Position numbers and translations under genes: made by a program
Notes under the pieces: generated by a model
What the model was told of the DNA's origin: nothing
The model's input: only the letters and a program-made list of their open reading frames with translations
Database searches by the model: none
Shown: positions 63,643 through 64,000 of the stretch, in pieces
How positions within the stretch are numbered: position 1 is the stretch's first letter
How the letters are laid out: the number at the start of each line of letters is the position of its first letter
Origin: Malacoraja senta
Lineage: Eukaryota
DNA length: 64,000 nucleotides
NCBI GenBank assembly: GCA_038087875.1
Contig: JAXLNO010000487.1
Span: 1-64,000 of the forward strand
Direction: 5' to 3'

Positions 63643-64000
63643 ACATGACTACTTTCATTTACATGACATTGCTGTGTCCCAAACATTATGGTGACCTGAA
63701 ATGAGGGGGCTATGTATAAACGCTGCTGTAATTTCTACATGGTGAAACCAAAATGTATAAAAATGGCCTTTATTAAAATCTGACAATGTGCACTTTAACT
63801 ACATGTGATTTTTTTCTATTACAAATCTCAAATTGTGGAGTACAGAGGCAAATAAATAAAAGATGAATCTTTGTCCCAAACATTATGGAGGGCACTGTGA
63901 TATCCATGTCCTCTGTATGCTGTCTACCAAGTCCAAGTAATCTGTTCCAAATTGAATGTGGCTGATCCAAAATAAAAGTGGGTTGAACAATGTAATGGAA

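Larger units (their letters stand above)
60678..63897 (+). mobile_element. Second Tc1-family transposon (DD34E), full length, inactivated
   Basis: TA|CAGTGCCCTCCAAAATGTTTGGGACAAAGA ... TCTTTGTCCCAAACATTATGGAGGGCACTG; ~230-bp TIRs with an inner repeat of ATAATGTTTGGGACA (IR/DR type); right flank reads TG rather than TA. Confidence 0.93.

Overview
This is vertebrate genomic DNA, most likely a cartilaginous fish (skate/ray-like, inferred from the HE1-type V-SINEs and the CR1, Rex-Babar and Penelope repeat spectrum). No intact host protein-coding gene is visible. A CpG island at ~10.05-11.05 kb looks like the promoter/5'-UTR first exon of an unidentified + strand gene (candidate donor CAG|GTACCG at 10926/10927), so most of the window is probably a large repeat-rich first intron. 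Inside it lies an intronless, frameshifted CDK14 (PFTK1) retrocopy (37329-38279). Mobile DNA includes two full-length DD34E Tc1 elements, each with a nested insertion in its left TIR; a 1.6-kb TIR element with a 7-bp TSD; a Harbinger MITE; two L1 3' fragments; many CR1 and Rex-Babar fragments; about 11 V-SINE copies; and a Penelope-like RT remnant. The most striking recurring signal is a family of 11-12 short Penelope-end elements carrying a minimal hammerhead-ribozyme-like core (CUGAAGA-stem II-GAAACGUH). Several have 12-19 bp TSDs and fold-back structure centred at the core. Also notable are a locally templated 77-bp inverted insertion at an L1 5' junction and a perfect 24-bp hairpin. Coordinates of old repeats are approximate, and family names come from motif recognition rather than database searches.
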